Part shown: piece after piece, positions 52,809 through 63,999 of the stretch
Layout of the letters: each line of letters begins with the position of its first letter
How positions within the stretch are numbered: the first letter of the stretch is position 1
Position numbers and translations under genes: made by a program
The notes under the pieces: generated by a model
Databases searched by the model: none
What the model was told of the DNA's origin: nothing
Seen by the model: the letters and a program-made list of their open reading frames with translations, nothing else
From: Saccostrea echinata
Taxonomy: Eukaryota
DNA: 64,000 nt
Reading direction: 5' to 3'
Assembly (NCBI RefSeq): GCF_033153115.1
Contig: NW_026889772.1
Span: 9,858,001-9,922,000, forward strand

Positions 52809-53515
52809 AACTGAAAGAAACAAAACCAGAAGTCTCTAATGAGACTGTAGCTCTACTAGTTTGTACTTATTACAAAGAACAAGAGGCCCAAGGGCCTTAA
52901 CGGTCACCTGGGTATACTACAACAATTTAGAGGATCCATAGAGTATAAAATGAACTGAAACGTGAAGCTTTGTTGCCCAAAAGCAAGAAAAATAGAGTGA
53001 TCAGGATAAAAAAAATAATTAGTCTAGCATTCATTCAAAGTTCATAAATTAGGTTCTAATCTGTTCCTCATTTAACACTTCCACCATACATTAAATTAAC
53101 AAAATATCACTGCTTCTGTACCATCTTAATTCCTTGTTGAAATCTCTTACATTGGCCTCTCTTGATCTTTGATGAACATTTAATAAGACAAGTTATTTTT
53201 GTCTCATTTTATTTATCTATTACTTACAAGTCTACCTGATCATTAAAACTATGAAAGTACTTTTTGTATTATACAATAAAAATTCTTGCATAATTCTCTT
53301 ATTCTATTAACCTTTCAAGTACATTATTTACAGTGATTAATTATCAAAAGTAAATGGCAAAGGGGAATAACTCCTCTCGGTAGATTACAAATTAATAGTG
53401 CCCTAGCTAGGACCAGAACACTTGACTAAATGGTCCAGATGTTCAAATATCTGGTAAAAATACCCTTCCTTATTAAAACTTTTACTCTTTTTGCCTCTGA
53501 TATGCCCATGTGCAC

Positions 53516-53548
<33 letters not shown>

Positions 53549-54347
53549 ACAGATTCACTATATTATCAATAGACCCCCCCCCCCCTCCATCGAGAAACAT
53601 CAGAGCCTCTCACCCTGGGACCAGAAATTTGCACATCATAAGTAATCACTTTGTTTATCTGCTTAACACTGAGGAGCAGACAGGATTATTTAATAGAAAT
53701 AATGCATTTTCACTATATTATCAAGAGCCCCACCCTTGCACCAGCACATCTCACCCAGGAGTCATGCAATTCACTACTCTGGAAGAAGCACTCTTGCTCA
53801 TCATAACTATACACTAGCTTCTTTGCTTTTTAACCAGAAGCAGAAAAGAATGTTTTCAGAAAAAATTTGCTTTTTCACTATATAATCAATAGAGCCCCCC
53901 CCCCCCCCTTTTCACCAGAACCCTTGACCCTGGGGCCATGAAATTCACAAGTTTGGAAGAGGCATCCTTGCATATCATAACAATGTACTTAGTTTGTTTA
54001 AATAATACCCAGGGGAAGAGAAGAAGAGTTTTAAAGAAATAATTCACCTTCACTATAGGATCTATATGGCCCCACCCTAGCACCAGAACCCCTGTCCCTG
54101 GGGCCATGAATTTCACAATTTTGGAAGAGGCATCCTTGCTTATCATAACAATGTACTTAATTTGTTTAAATAATACCAAGGAGCAGAGAAGAAGATTTTT
54201 AAAGCATTAATGCATTTTCACTATATAATAAATAAAGCCCCACCCTAACACCAGAACCCCTGATCCAGGGGCCATGAAATTCACAATTTTGGAAGAGGCA
54301 TCCTTGCTTATCATAACTATGTATTTAATTTGTTTCAATAATACCCA

Positions 54348-54382
<35 letters not shown>

Positions 54383-54515
54383 CTTTCACTATATGATCTA
54401 TATAGCCCCGCCCTAGCACCAGAACCCCTGACCCTGGGGCTATGAATTTCACAATTTTGGTAGAATCACTCTTGCTTATCATAACTATGCATTTAATTTG
54501 TTTCAATAACACGCA

Positions 54516-54550
<35 letters not shown>

Positions 54551-54912
54551 CTTTCACTATACGATCTATATAGCCCCGCCCTAGCACCAGAACCCCTGAC
54601 CCCGGGGCCATGAATTTCACAATTTAGGTAGAGGGCTCAATGTTAATTACAATCATGTCAACAGTTTGACTGCTTAATGTCCAGGAGTAAAGAAGAAGAT
54701 TTTTAAAGATTGCATTAATTTTGGTGGTTTTAGCCCCACCCCTCAGGCCCCAGGGGGGCAGGGACCATGAAATTCACAATTTTTGTCCCCCTTCACCCAC
54801 AGATGCTATATGCCAAAATTGGTTGAAATTGGTTGAGCGGTTTCAGAGAAGAAGCTGAAAATGTTTAAATGTTAACGCACGACGCACGATGGACGACGAC
54901 GGACAAAAACGG

Positions 54913-54952
<40 letters not shown>

Positions 54953-57900
54953 GTAGCACTTGGATTTGAAACTTTGCAACAGCAACAAATAGCATTTTAA
55001 GCAAATGAAAATGTCCCTGTCTAATAAACATTAAAATCAACAGCAATTTCCTTCTGATTTGTTTGATACTGATGCTTAGATTACCATTTCCAGTAGATGT
55101 TGTGTTTGGTTTCCTGAATCCGGAGTCTACAGACATCTGATCTGTGAGAGATGGTGCAGGGGAAAATCCAGTGCTGGCAGAAATACTGGGAGGGGCAGGA
55201 CTGGTGGGGTTTTCTTAGAAACAAAGGCACCAACATTACTTTTAAAACTTTATATTGAAAGATATTTCATATGTTCACATGATACTTTTGAGTTACTGTA
55301 AAATAGAGTACTCTCGAAGTGGTAAGTAATGCTTAAAATTAGCAGTTTCAATAGCAGAGGTTAAAGCTTAGCATTTCAGTTGGCAGTATGTTGTCAACCT
55401 CTATCACTATATTGAAAACTAAATCATTTTGTCAACCTTCAATAATTTTTATTACATGTATGCTTTCATCAAGATTTCTTGGCATTGGACTTCAAATCCA
55501 TGTACATGTATATACAGTAAGCTTTATTCTTAAGCTAGGTCTGACATGAAGAGGTCAACATGAAATGATTTCAAACAACTACTGAGATAAATACATATGT
55601 ATTACCCTCTATCTTCAATTCATTAATGTTTTCATTATAATGTATACATGGGACAGTTAGACATATTTGATATTAGTTTATTGCTGTAAAAACAAAAGTG
55701 TCTTTCCTGGGACAAAAAAAATAAAATTCAAAATACTGAAAAAAAATGAATAGGTGGGGGTGATTTTGACGGGTTGGAGTACATCAAACAATTTGAAATT
55801 ATTTTTTATTGTTGGCCTCTGTTGGCTTGTATGTGCTGAGACATACAAGTGTGTACTCATGTCTGTACTCATTGTGTGTAGGTTTGTTTGTGTATATGGC
55901 TATAAATGTCTATACTTACTGTCTACAAGTTTGTCTATGACAGCTGTGTGGTCTCCTGCTGGACTGTGCGCTCGTTCTGTAAAATCGACAAAATTTAGCA
56001 CACAGAATGAAACAGACTCAAGTGACCTAAAATCTCACATACATGCCTGTACAAGTAGTCAGATAAAAAAAAGATTACCTTCCAGTTGAAATCCATGGAG
56101 TAAAACATGATGCCGTGGATCTGTGGTAAAGTCTTTCACTGGAGCTGACATATCAGCAGGAGAACTAGACTACAAACAGAAATACACAAGTATACATTAA
56201 AACTGACTGAAATGCATTAGCTATCAGCGAACCAAAGACTGCCAGCACTAAGATAAACAAAACTTGGTCCTACTACATAAACCAAGAAATTGTACTAATA
56301 ATATAACATACGATTAGAAAACTTGGAAGCTACACCTAATGAAAGCATGCATTTCATTAATTACAGTGATCTGCAAAATTAATCTGCATATTACCTCCTC
56401 ATACAGTTTCTGAAGAGCAGGGATTTTTCTTGGGGATATGATGGACAAATGGATGCCCCTCTGTCAAGTATAACCAAAATACAAGTCAAATATAACCAAT
56501 ATATAATCAAAATACAAGTCATATATAACCAACATAAAACCAAAATACAAGTCAAATATAACCAACATACAACCAAAATACAAGTCAAATATAACCAAAT
56601 TATCAGAATATAATTAGGCTCTTTTTCTGTCTATGATATTTGCAGCAGTTATAGGAGTAATGTTTATTTGTAACAGGTCAAAGCATCACTTAATGTTGAA
56701 CATTTAGTAAGCCATATAGATAACAAATCAAACCTTGGCCATCATGCTGGCTAACTGATCTGCCATATATCCCACATAACGGACCCCTTCCTGACTGGGT
56801 AGATTATAGGGAGGGGAATTACAGACAAGGATGCAGTGTCGCTGCACAGGTAACCTAAAATTTAAGCCATAGTTATAAAAAAACAAAACACATTTGTTTC
56901 AAACTCAAAACAGTTAATAAGTGTCTGTGAATAGATTCCTAAATTGTTTCTGTAAGTATTTTGTATCTGGATTACCATCACATTAGATTTTACATCATAC
57001 AAACACTACAAATTCATGTATTCATAAAATAGGAGAAATAAAATGGATTTTTTGTTCACAGTGGTTGGAGAAACATACCCAATATCAATGCGCACTTTCT
57101 GGAGATCATCAAAAACATGGAGAGCTGTACTCAATCCTTCAGTGATGTGACTACAAGACTCTCCACCTCCACCAATAAATCTGAAAAATCAGAAGACAAC
57201 AAATGAGAGCTGTAATATAAGAAATATGAAGGCAACCTTAACCAACCACTCTGAGAGAAATACAAAACCAAAACAGATTATGGGTTGTATTTCTGTCAAA
57301 AATCATTAAAGCCAATCTGTTGTGAATTTTATCTGCAAGACCAACATTTTCTTCTGAAATTTTTTTTTTTTTTGGATTTTTTTTTCAGCTCAATATTTGC
57401 AAGCATCTGAAAATTTCTTAAAGTGCACATTAACAGTTTCCTAAATGTGTCCTTGAACTAGCCAAAATGACCTTGGTTAAAAAACATCCCCTGGTCATAA
57501 GTAATCTTTGAATAAAATAGGGGCATCAAGTGTTTCTCCATTAGAAAATTATGGACCTGACATTAGTTTTACACTTTTTTTGTCAATAATCTTGAACATG
57601 CCACAATGACCTTAGGTCACTGTTATGACTTACCACTACTTTGAGCTCACAAATAATCTTTGTTTGAAGTTTCAAGTTTCAATACTTATCCATTAGAGAG
57701 TAATGAACTAGAAACAAATTTTATACATTTTAAGTCCTAATTAATTTTTGTGTCAAGTGTCAACTTGTCTCAAGTGTCAAATACCAAATAGCCTTCATTT
57801 GAGAGTTATAGACCAGATGGTTAAATCACTTTTTCTACTAGTGACCTTGAACTTGCTACATGTATACTGACCTTTTTTCAAGGTCAATACATACCCTCAA

Positions 57901-60068
57901 GTCATATGCAATATTTGTGATAAGTATGAGCTTCTAATGTTCTCCATTACAAAATATGGTCAAGACAGGAATAAAAAAATTGCCCTTGACCTTGAACTTG
58001 ATCAAATGACCTTAGGTCAAGGTCATGACACATCTTCAGGTCATAAGCAATCTTCGTATGAGGTACAATGCCATAATGATCTTAGGTTAAGGTCATATCA
58101 CCCACTCAGGTCACAAACAATCTTTGTACCAAGTATGAACTTCGAATCTTTCTCCATTACAAAGATAAAGCCCAGAGAGGATTGCACAGATGAATTGGCA
58201 GCTGAACAGCTAGACTGACAGTGAAATGGACAAGGTGATTCCTATATAACCCCCCCCCCAACTTCATTTATGGGGAGTATAAAATTCAGGAAAACCAAGT
58301 GGTACAGACTGCCAGACAGAGAAAAAACCTATAATCCAATCCTTTACCTGTAAAGGACAAACAGAGATCACTTTAAAAGCAGTAAACATTTGTAATTCAT
58401 ATCTAAAATATACATCAAATATCTTTATTAAGGTTTTATTTTAAATTTTGGAAAACTTCTATCCCAGTTGGTTAATATTTCTTAGTTAACATTATCCTGC
58501 AGCATTTGAAAATCACCATAAAACTAGCTAGACATGCAGGGTTGATTGCTAATAAAAGTTGTCAGCCCTGCCCGTGATCTACCGATACTAGCCCTTTTCA
58601 AAAATTATTTTTATTTAATTTGTAAAACCATGTTTATAAGTTCTTACATTGTCAGCCATGTGGCTAACAAGTTGCAATCATACACAGTTCTTGAAGTTGA
58701 GTGGCTCTTGTGTGACTAGGATTTATTCAGCATAACTTCAATCCCAATTACATATACTGACAAATTCTAAAACTTGGCTTATTACACTTTTCTACTGGTA
58801 CAATTAGTTGATTTGAGACAAAATTTATCATTGTCAATTTTTTTAATTAGTGGAAATTTTAACAGGTCCAGCTGGGCTTCAATATAAGCAAGTTTGCTCT
58901 CTTGGGGCAAAATTTATGCATCTTGGGTGGTTGGGCGCAAGGTTATTTCACTGTTAAATAACATAAATCTGCTGACAGCAGTGCTCTACTTAATGTAGAC
59001 ATACTTTTCTGCATGGGATTAATTTATGCTATATATGGGGTCATACAATTTCCAAAGAAATATGTCATAGCATACTTGAAGTGTATTTAAGACATACAAA
59101 GGCAATCCAAGAAAACTGCATAATTTTCTATTCGCAGATTGAACCGAAATTGTGATTCTAAGGAATTATTGTAGCCGTAAAAAAAGTATGCTTACAGTTA
59201 TATATTTTTAAAATATTTCAGTTTTTGCTCATAAAATATAAATCTGTTGTACAATGTTTATGAAGAACACAGTGAATATGGAAGCATCTGAGGTTTACAT
59301 TGGACTTAACTAGGCAGACATCATGCAGGTAGCTAATATATCTTACGGAAGATCATCCAACCAAGTTATGAACTCGTGAATATTTGTAGTGACACCAGAA
59401 CATCTTGATGTTGTGTCTGGAATGACATCAGCTGAGTAGAAGGTCACTAGATTGTACAATGAACAGCTGTACTGCAAAACAAGACAAATATACTTTCACT
59501 TTCAAAAAATTATCAGAACTTAATCATACATTCCAACCCATGGGACGATTCAGTCCATTTTAAGACATGTCTAATCCTAAATTTATGATTGAAAAAACTG
59601 TCTTCATTATACAAGACACTAAAAAGGAATACTTTAAAATAGGATTTATTAAAATCATCATATCAAGACTGTTTGGTTTTGGCATAGATATATATCAGAC
59701 ATGAACACAAATTATCATATTTCATATATCTGCTTACATCATGTCCAATATCTGTTGGATCAGGAGGTCCACCATTAAAAACTCTGAAAAAGAGTGGATT
59801 TTACAGTTCAATATTTTTTCAGCTGTTCAAGTAGAGGCATAAGTAACATTTTCTTTTTTGTTATTTGTGTCTCTCTGGTTTATGGTTTAGGAAAATAAAT
59901 CTAAATTTTTTTTTTTGCTTGTGAATGTCTCATTTTCAAAACATCTTACTCTAGCGATGGAACAATATACTGCTTCTTTAGCACATCAATGTAAGCACTG
60001 AGATTCGCTGTCGCTTCTACGACTAGCACAACATCGGCTGGGTTTACTTTCTGATCTGTCACGACCAT
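40187..60068 (-). CDS. MED25: Mediator of RNA polymerase II transcription subunit 25, 19 exons, ~750 aa
   Basis: Exons 60068-59950, 59783-59738, 59471-59347, 57180-57079, 56854-56734, 56460-56395, 56169-56079, 55976-55920, 55213-55085, 50178-49970, 49749-49704, 49484-49250, 48013-47842, 47317-47159, 44097-43975, 41036-40974, 40870-40813, 40651-40521, 40387-40187. VWA domain ([44 protein letters not shown]), ACID/PTOV domain ([37 protein letters not shown]) and a Q-rich tail with LTQLL. Boundaries of the Q-rich exons are less certain. Confidence 0.9.
41083..41257. mobile_element. Tc1/mariner (pogo-like) MITE
   Basis: CAGTTGAATTTCGGTATCTC...AGATAACGAGGTTTGACTG followed by TA; repeated GATATCTCGAA motifs. 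Confidence 0.65.
41275..42462. mobile_element. Non-autonomous Tc1/mariner-superfamily element
   Basis: TIR CAGGTAAACTTCGTTATCTCGACATCG...CGATGTCGAGATACCGAAGTTTACCTG flanked by TA on both sides. Confidence 0.88.
42594..43520. mobile_element. Non-autonomous TTAA-targeting DNA transposon (Kolobok-like)
   Basis: TTAA-GGTATGTCACTCGT...ACGAGTGACATACC-TTAA; GG/CC termini with a TTAA TSD. Confidence 0.8.
43745..43880. repeat. Long hairpin with perfect 40-bp outer arms
   Basis: ATCTCCCATGATTTGTAGTTGGATATGACTTTTATCCAAC and its exact reverse complement at 43841-43880, with further imperfect inner pairing. Confidence 0.85.
45990..47031 (+). mobile_element. HINE/Helentron-type element with a ~155 bp tandem array
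   Basis: 5' GTAGCTCTACTGG and 3' CCAGTAGAGCT subterminal IRs, 3' hairpin, about six monomers with AAAACTGTAGGAGGAGTAGC / GTAACCATGGCAAC, A-run flanks. Confidence 0.8.
48254..49263 (-). repeat. 38-bp minisatellite CTGATCCAGACAT|GTATGTAATATACAGTCAACTTYAG anchored on the MED25 exon 12 donor
   Basis: About 14 copies; the first (49263-49226) is the real exon end and GTATGT donor. A DNA transposon splits the array. Confidence 0.95.
48403..48865. mobile_element. Non-autonomous hAT-like element with a 5-bp TSD
   Basis: Perfect 17-bp TIR CAGGGGTGTGCAATTAC, subterminal GGGCTA/TAGCCC motifs, TACAT duplicated at 48398-48402 and 48866-48870. Confidence 0.85.
50254..52805 (+). mobile_element. HINE/Helentron-type element with a ~167 bp satellite array, copy 1
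   Basis: 5' ACAAGAGGCCCATGGGCCTTAACGGTCACCTGAG; monomers GAGCCCCGCCCTAACACCAGAACCCCTGACCCTGGGGCCATGAAATTCAC with a 167-bp period; GACG microsatellite; 3' palindrome AGGTCACCTGAGTGACTCAGGTGACCT. Confidence 0.85.
52879..54950 (+). mobile_element. HINE/Helentron-type element with a ~167 bp satellite array, copy 2
   Basis: Same termini and internal unique region as copy 1, diverged. Nested within a 5' fragment of the 45990-type family. Confidence 0.85.
56468..56600 (-). repeat. 33-bp tandem repeat x4 abutting the MED25 exon 6 acceptor
   Basis: + strand AACCAAAATACAAGTCAAATATAACCAACATAT-like units run up to the acceptor at 56461-56462. Confidence 0.85.
57440..58285 (+). mobile_element. Degenerate HINE-like element in MED25 intron 3
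   Basis: TGACCTTGAACTTG/GGTCAAGGTCATGAC monomers and a CCCCCC...GGGGAG end; resembles 22520-23116. Confidence 0.5.
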
Positions 60069-60522
60069 ATTCTTCTGTAGAAAACACGTCCAGTTACTTT
60101 CGAAACATCCTATCGGCAATCCTCGGGTGATTTCGCTACTCTCCATACAAGTGTGACGAGAAACCCGAGGAGCTCCGAGTGAGAAATATAATTACCGGAA
60201 GAGAGTGTAACTTTGAAATAGTCATCTGATCTGGGACTGTCAGTATGAAAATTTTAAATGAAACTGAATTAAAACATTCTCATGTAATCATTACAGGCAC
60301 GTTGTACCGTTTTTTATAAAAAGGGGGGAGGGGCAGCCAGAAAAAAAAGAACCTAAAAAAACTTCGACAAGCAAAAAAGAAAAAGGAAAAAAATATATAA
60401 ATATAAGGGAAAAAAATGAAAAAAGGGAGGAAAAAAGGGTAAAATGTCCAAACTCAAAAATCCTATTTCGTGGTGGAGGGGGGGGGATGACATTGAGGGA
60501 AAATTCGTTTTACAAAAACTAT

Positions 60523-60632
60523 CAATCTGATTAAAATCAGATCTTTGTGACGCTCCGAAATTCTGATGGTCGCTGTACAAAGCGACCATCAGAATTTCGG
60601 AGCGTAACAAAGATCTGATTTTAATCAGATTG
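60523..60632. mobile_element. 110-bp fold-back MITE with a ~10-bp TSD (Mutator-like)
   Basis: 52-bp arms with one mismatch around a GTACAA loop; direct repeat CAAAAACTAT at 60513-60522 and 60633-60642. Confidence 0.8.
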
Positions 60633-60725
60633 CAAAAACTATCTATACCAAGCGGCAAAAAATAAATTCCTAATCTATTAAGTAGGGCTCCGCGTAAAAA
60701 TCATGCAGGTAGCACAGAAAAGGCG

Positions 60726-61203
60726 GGTAACGGGACGTTTCGCCCCTATTGACGTTTCGCGCCCAGACCATTCGCCCCTAAAGACGTTTCGCGCCGAGAC
60801 GTTTCGCGCCCAATTTAATCTACATTGTCTACAACGATATATTACGATGTTTTAAGATAAATATTTATATATAAGGTTAATATTGACTGTGTTAAAAAAA
60901 GTTCTAAGGTTACTAAAAACCTTTAATGTTTTAAAAGTTGTTGAAAATAGGCTTATACCATAATTAAATGTACAATTATCCATGTGCAGATATAATTATG
61001 TTTATTCATCAATCATAATTGTCTGATTCAGTTTTGTAATTAGGGTGTTATAACTATAATTTGGAGACTCTCCATGTTAAGATAAAGAGGAGAATTAAAT
61101 TATGAGACGGGTGTCAAGTTCATTTTACCGTTGCTCAATAGCTAGGATGCACACTGACTCCAATTTTCTTTGCGATTTTGAGTAATGCTATATGCTATAT
61201 AAG
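60726..61203. mobile_element. Left part of a second copy of the 939-1759 element, cut by the LTR retrotransposon
   Basis: Near-identical to 939-1437; similarity stops at ATATAAG exactly where the LTR's TG begins. Confidence 0.9.
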
Positions 61204-61729
61204 TGTAACAGGGGTGTCACTATGGAAGTATATAACACAACACTCCTGTCAGGGTTCATCAGATTTATTGCACAGTGGAGTGATTATATATATATTGTGT
61301 TGTATTGTGTAAGCCCATTCTATGGGAATAGGCTTTCCCACAAATTGTTAATATAGAAGCATCTACATGAATGGTGATCAGAAATGGAAATCTGTCCAAA
61401 GTCAAGAATGTCTTTTTTTTAATATATATATAGTCTGGTCAGATCAACCATTGAACAAAGAATGGTCTTAATAAAGCGGGAAAACTCCAACCCAGTCAAT
61501 AAAACCAATAGAATCAGACCTTTCAAATCAATAACCAATAAAAACCAAAATAACAATAACCACTTCCAAAACACCTGACCAATGCCCTTAGGTATATATA
61601 TAAGTATGTACAGATAAGGGAGAACTAAGGGGTGGATCTAGGTTTTGAATAACAAATTTAAATAAAAGTTAAAAAATATATTCTGGCAAGTTCTGTTACT
61701 TTATTTTAAACAAATCCAACACTATTACA
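61204..61729 (-). mobile_element. 3' LTR (526 bp) of a Ty3/Gypsy element
   Basis: TGTAA...TTACA inverted termini; polypurine tract GGGGGGAGA immediately upstream on the - strand (61731-61739). Confidence 0.85.
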
Positions 61730-61827
61730 ATCTCCCCCCGGTCGCGGAATGACGTCCACGTCATTCAAATGGGAAACTATAATCCTGAAATATAAAGCAT
61801 AAAAATACATAATATACAATTAAAACA

Positions 61828-63999
61828 TTATTTAGATGATGCAGACACAAGGTTTAACAAGGCTAACTGGCAAACACTGGAGTCAACACTCTCTAAAGTT
61901 CCTTGTTCCATCAAACTCTTGATAAAATTGGCTCTCTGTAACCAGTCTGGCTGTGTCTGACTCATCATCACAAAGTCCTTTGTCCAAGGTGGTTTACTTT
62001 TGTTTCTAGTTGATCTCCTTGGTGCTGGTACTGGTACTTGGGTATCTTGTGTTGAAGGCTCTTGCTCCTGATGAACAGTATCATCAGCATGCGAAGGCAT
62101 ATCATCATCAATATCATCGTCAACTTCATCAACATCATCATTATGCTCTTCATCCTCTTCAGCATGGTTCCCAGGCTCATCCTGGTGGAGAGCGTCCTCT
62201 CCAGAATCCATAACTGAAGATTCCTCAGTCAAAGAATGGTCGTCACCATCTTGACTGGGAATTCCTTGGTGTGAATTTTCTGACTGCCTTATAGGGTAAC
62301 CTATAAAAGAAAATTCGCTATCTGAATCTGATAAATTCTCATTAGAAATTATTGTTTCTATTGGAAATTCTCTTCTTGTTGCCTTCTTTCTATATCTTGG
62401 TGGTTTTGATGGAGGAGGTGTAGACTTCTGTAATTTAGAACCTATTGGAAGCAATAAATTTCTATGTAGAACTTTACATCTTCCTTCACCGTCCTCTCGT
62501 TGAACTTTGTAAACAGGTATGTCTTTATTAGATTGAGCAACGACTACATAAGGCTCATCTTCCCACTTATCAGCGATCTTATGCTTTCCATCATACGATA
62601 CAATTTTCACCAAAACTCTGTCTCCGACCTGTACAGTAGCCGCTCTTGCCCTTAAGTTGTAGTTTTCCTTCTGCCTTTGTTGGGAATGCTTGATTGCTGT
62701 ATTAGCTAGCTTATATGCATCTTGTAGTCGTTCTTTCAATCTGTTGATGTATTTAGTATTGCATTTTTCTTCATCTGACTGCTGAGGAAATCCAAAGATG
62801 ATATCAACCGGTAATTTAGGCTCTCTCCCAAACATTAAGTAAAATGGCGAGAATCCTGTTGAATCATTTGTTGTGGCATTATATGCGTGAACCAAGGAAT
62901 TGATGTGACTTTTCCAATCAGGCTTTTGGGAGTTTTCTAAAGTTCTCAGCATGGAAAGAAGAGTTCTGTTAAAGCGTTCTGTTATACCATTACCCATCGG
63001 ATGGTAGGGGGTTGTTCTTGATTTGGAAATTCCTAAAAGAGTACATAATTCTTTAATGATGTTGCTGCAGAAATTTGTTCCTTGATCCGAATGTAGTTTT
63101 TCTGGAATTCCATAATGTAAAATGAAATGATTGAAGATAGCTTCAGCAGTTGTTTTGGCTGTCTGGTTTCGAGTAGGTATTGCCACCGCAAAACGGGTAA
63201 AATGGTCTGTAATGACTAAGATGTTTTGTACTCCTCCCTTTGCTGGTTCTAATGTTAGGAAATCCATGCATACAAGTTCCAGTGGCTGGGATGTTTGGAT
63301 GTTAACTAATTCAGCTCTCTGGTCACTTGTCTTAGTCTTTATACATCTTTCACAACAATCAATCCAATCGATGATATCTTTCTGCATCTTTGGCCAATAA
63401 AATCGTCGTCGCACTAATGAAATAGTCTTGTCTCTGCCCAAATGTCCCATCTTATTGTGCAGGTGATGTAATACAGTTGGAATGGTTGACATGGGAATGA
63501 CAGATTGATGGATGGTGCTATCTTCTGTTTTCACTTCTCTCAATAGGATGTTTTCTTTGACTTTGAATTTGGAAAAATTCCTGTAGAAAATTAAGTCATT
63601 TTCAGTGTTCAAAGAATCCCTATCTGGTCTGGTTCCTAATTCCACTTGGGTTTTCCAGAAAGAAACAGTAGGGTCTTTATCTTGAATAGCTGATATGTCT
63701 AAATGATCTGCTATTTCTAAACTTGGCTGCATAAGCTGGCAAATAGCATCATCTATGGCTAAAGTCTCTGCATATGGCTGTCCAATTTGGCATATAGCTT
63801 TAATAGAGTCGCTGTCAATGGTTTCTGTGTTGTCGAGTCTGGAAAGTCTATCCGCATCTGTGTTTGATTTTCCCGGTCTGTATAAAATTTTGAAGTTGAA
63901 GGAGGCCAAAGCAGAAATCCAACGATGTCCAGTAGAATCTAATTTTGCAGTACTAAGAACATAGGTAAGTGGATTGTTGTCAGTGTAGACAGTAAATTC
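61828..63999 (-). CDS. Ty3/Gypsy Pol, partial: RNase H C-terminus, integrase and long acidic tail
   Basis: Frame open to the window edge (VYTDNNPLTY...RWISALASFNFKILYRPGKSNTDADRLSR), HHCC zinc finger (HNKMGH...CERC), DDE core (VCMDF, LHSDQG, NGITERFNRTL). Confidence 0.95.
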   Translation of the reverse strand, partial: EFTVYTDNNPLTYVLSTAKLDSTGHRWISALASFNFKILYRPGKSNTDADRLSRLDNTETIDSDSIKAICQIGQPYAETLAIDDAICQLMQPSLEIADHLDISAIQDKDPTVSFWKTQVELGTRPDRDSLNTENDLIFYRNFSKFKVKENILLREVKTEDSTIHQSVIPMSTIPTVLHHLHNKMGHLGRDKTISLVRRRFYWPKMQKDIIDWIDCCERCIKTKTSDQRAELVNIQTSQPLELVCMDFLTLEPAKGGVQNILVITDHFTRFAVAIPTRNQTAKTTAEAIFNHFILHYGIPEKLHSDQGTNFCSNIIKELCTLLGISKSRTTPYHPMGNGITERFNRTLLSMLRTLENSQKPDWKSHINSLVHAYNATTNDSTGFSPFYLMFGREPKLPVDIIFGFPQQSDEEKCNTKYINRLKERLQDAYKLANTAIKHSQQRQKENYNLRARAATVQVGDRVLVKIVSYDGKHKIADKWEDEPYVVVAQSNKDIPVYKVQREDGEGRCKVLHRNLLLPIGSKLQKSTPPPSKPPRYRKKATRREFPIETIISNENLSDSDSEFSFIGYPIRQSENSHQGIPSQDGDDHSLTEESSVMDSGEDALHQDEPGNHAEEDEEHNDDVDEVDDDIDDDMPSHADDTVHQEQEPSTQDTQVPVPAPRRSTRNKSKPPWTKDFVMMSQTQPDWLQRANFIKSLMEQGTLESVDSSVCQLALLNLVSASSK

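Noticed and set aside
52239-54620. ORFs [14 protein letters not shown]... repeated three times
   Set aside because: They are antisense translations of the 167-bp satellite monomer.
59946-60146. Upstream ATG at 60146 as the MED25 start
   Set aside because: Similarity to MED25 begins near MVVTDQK (60068). The extra 26 codons are in frame but unsupported, so they cannot be fully excluded.
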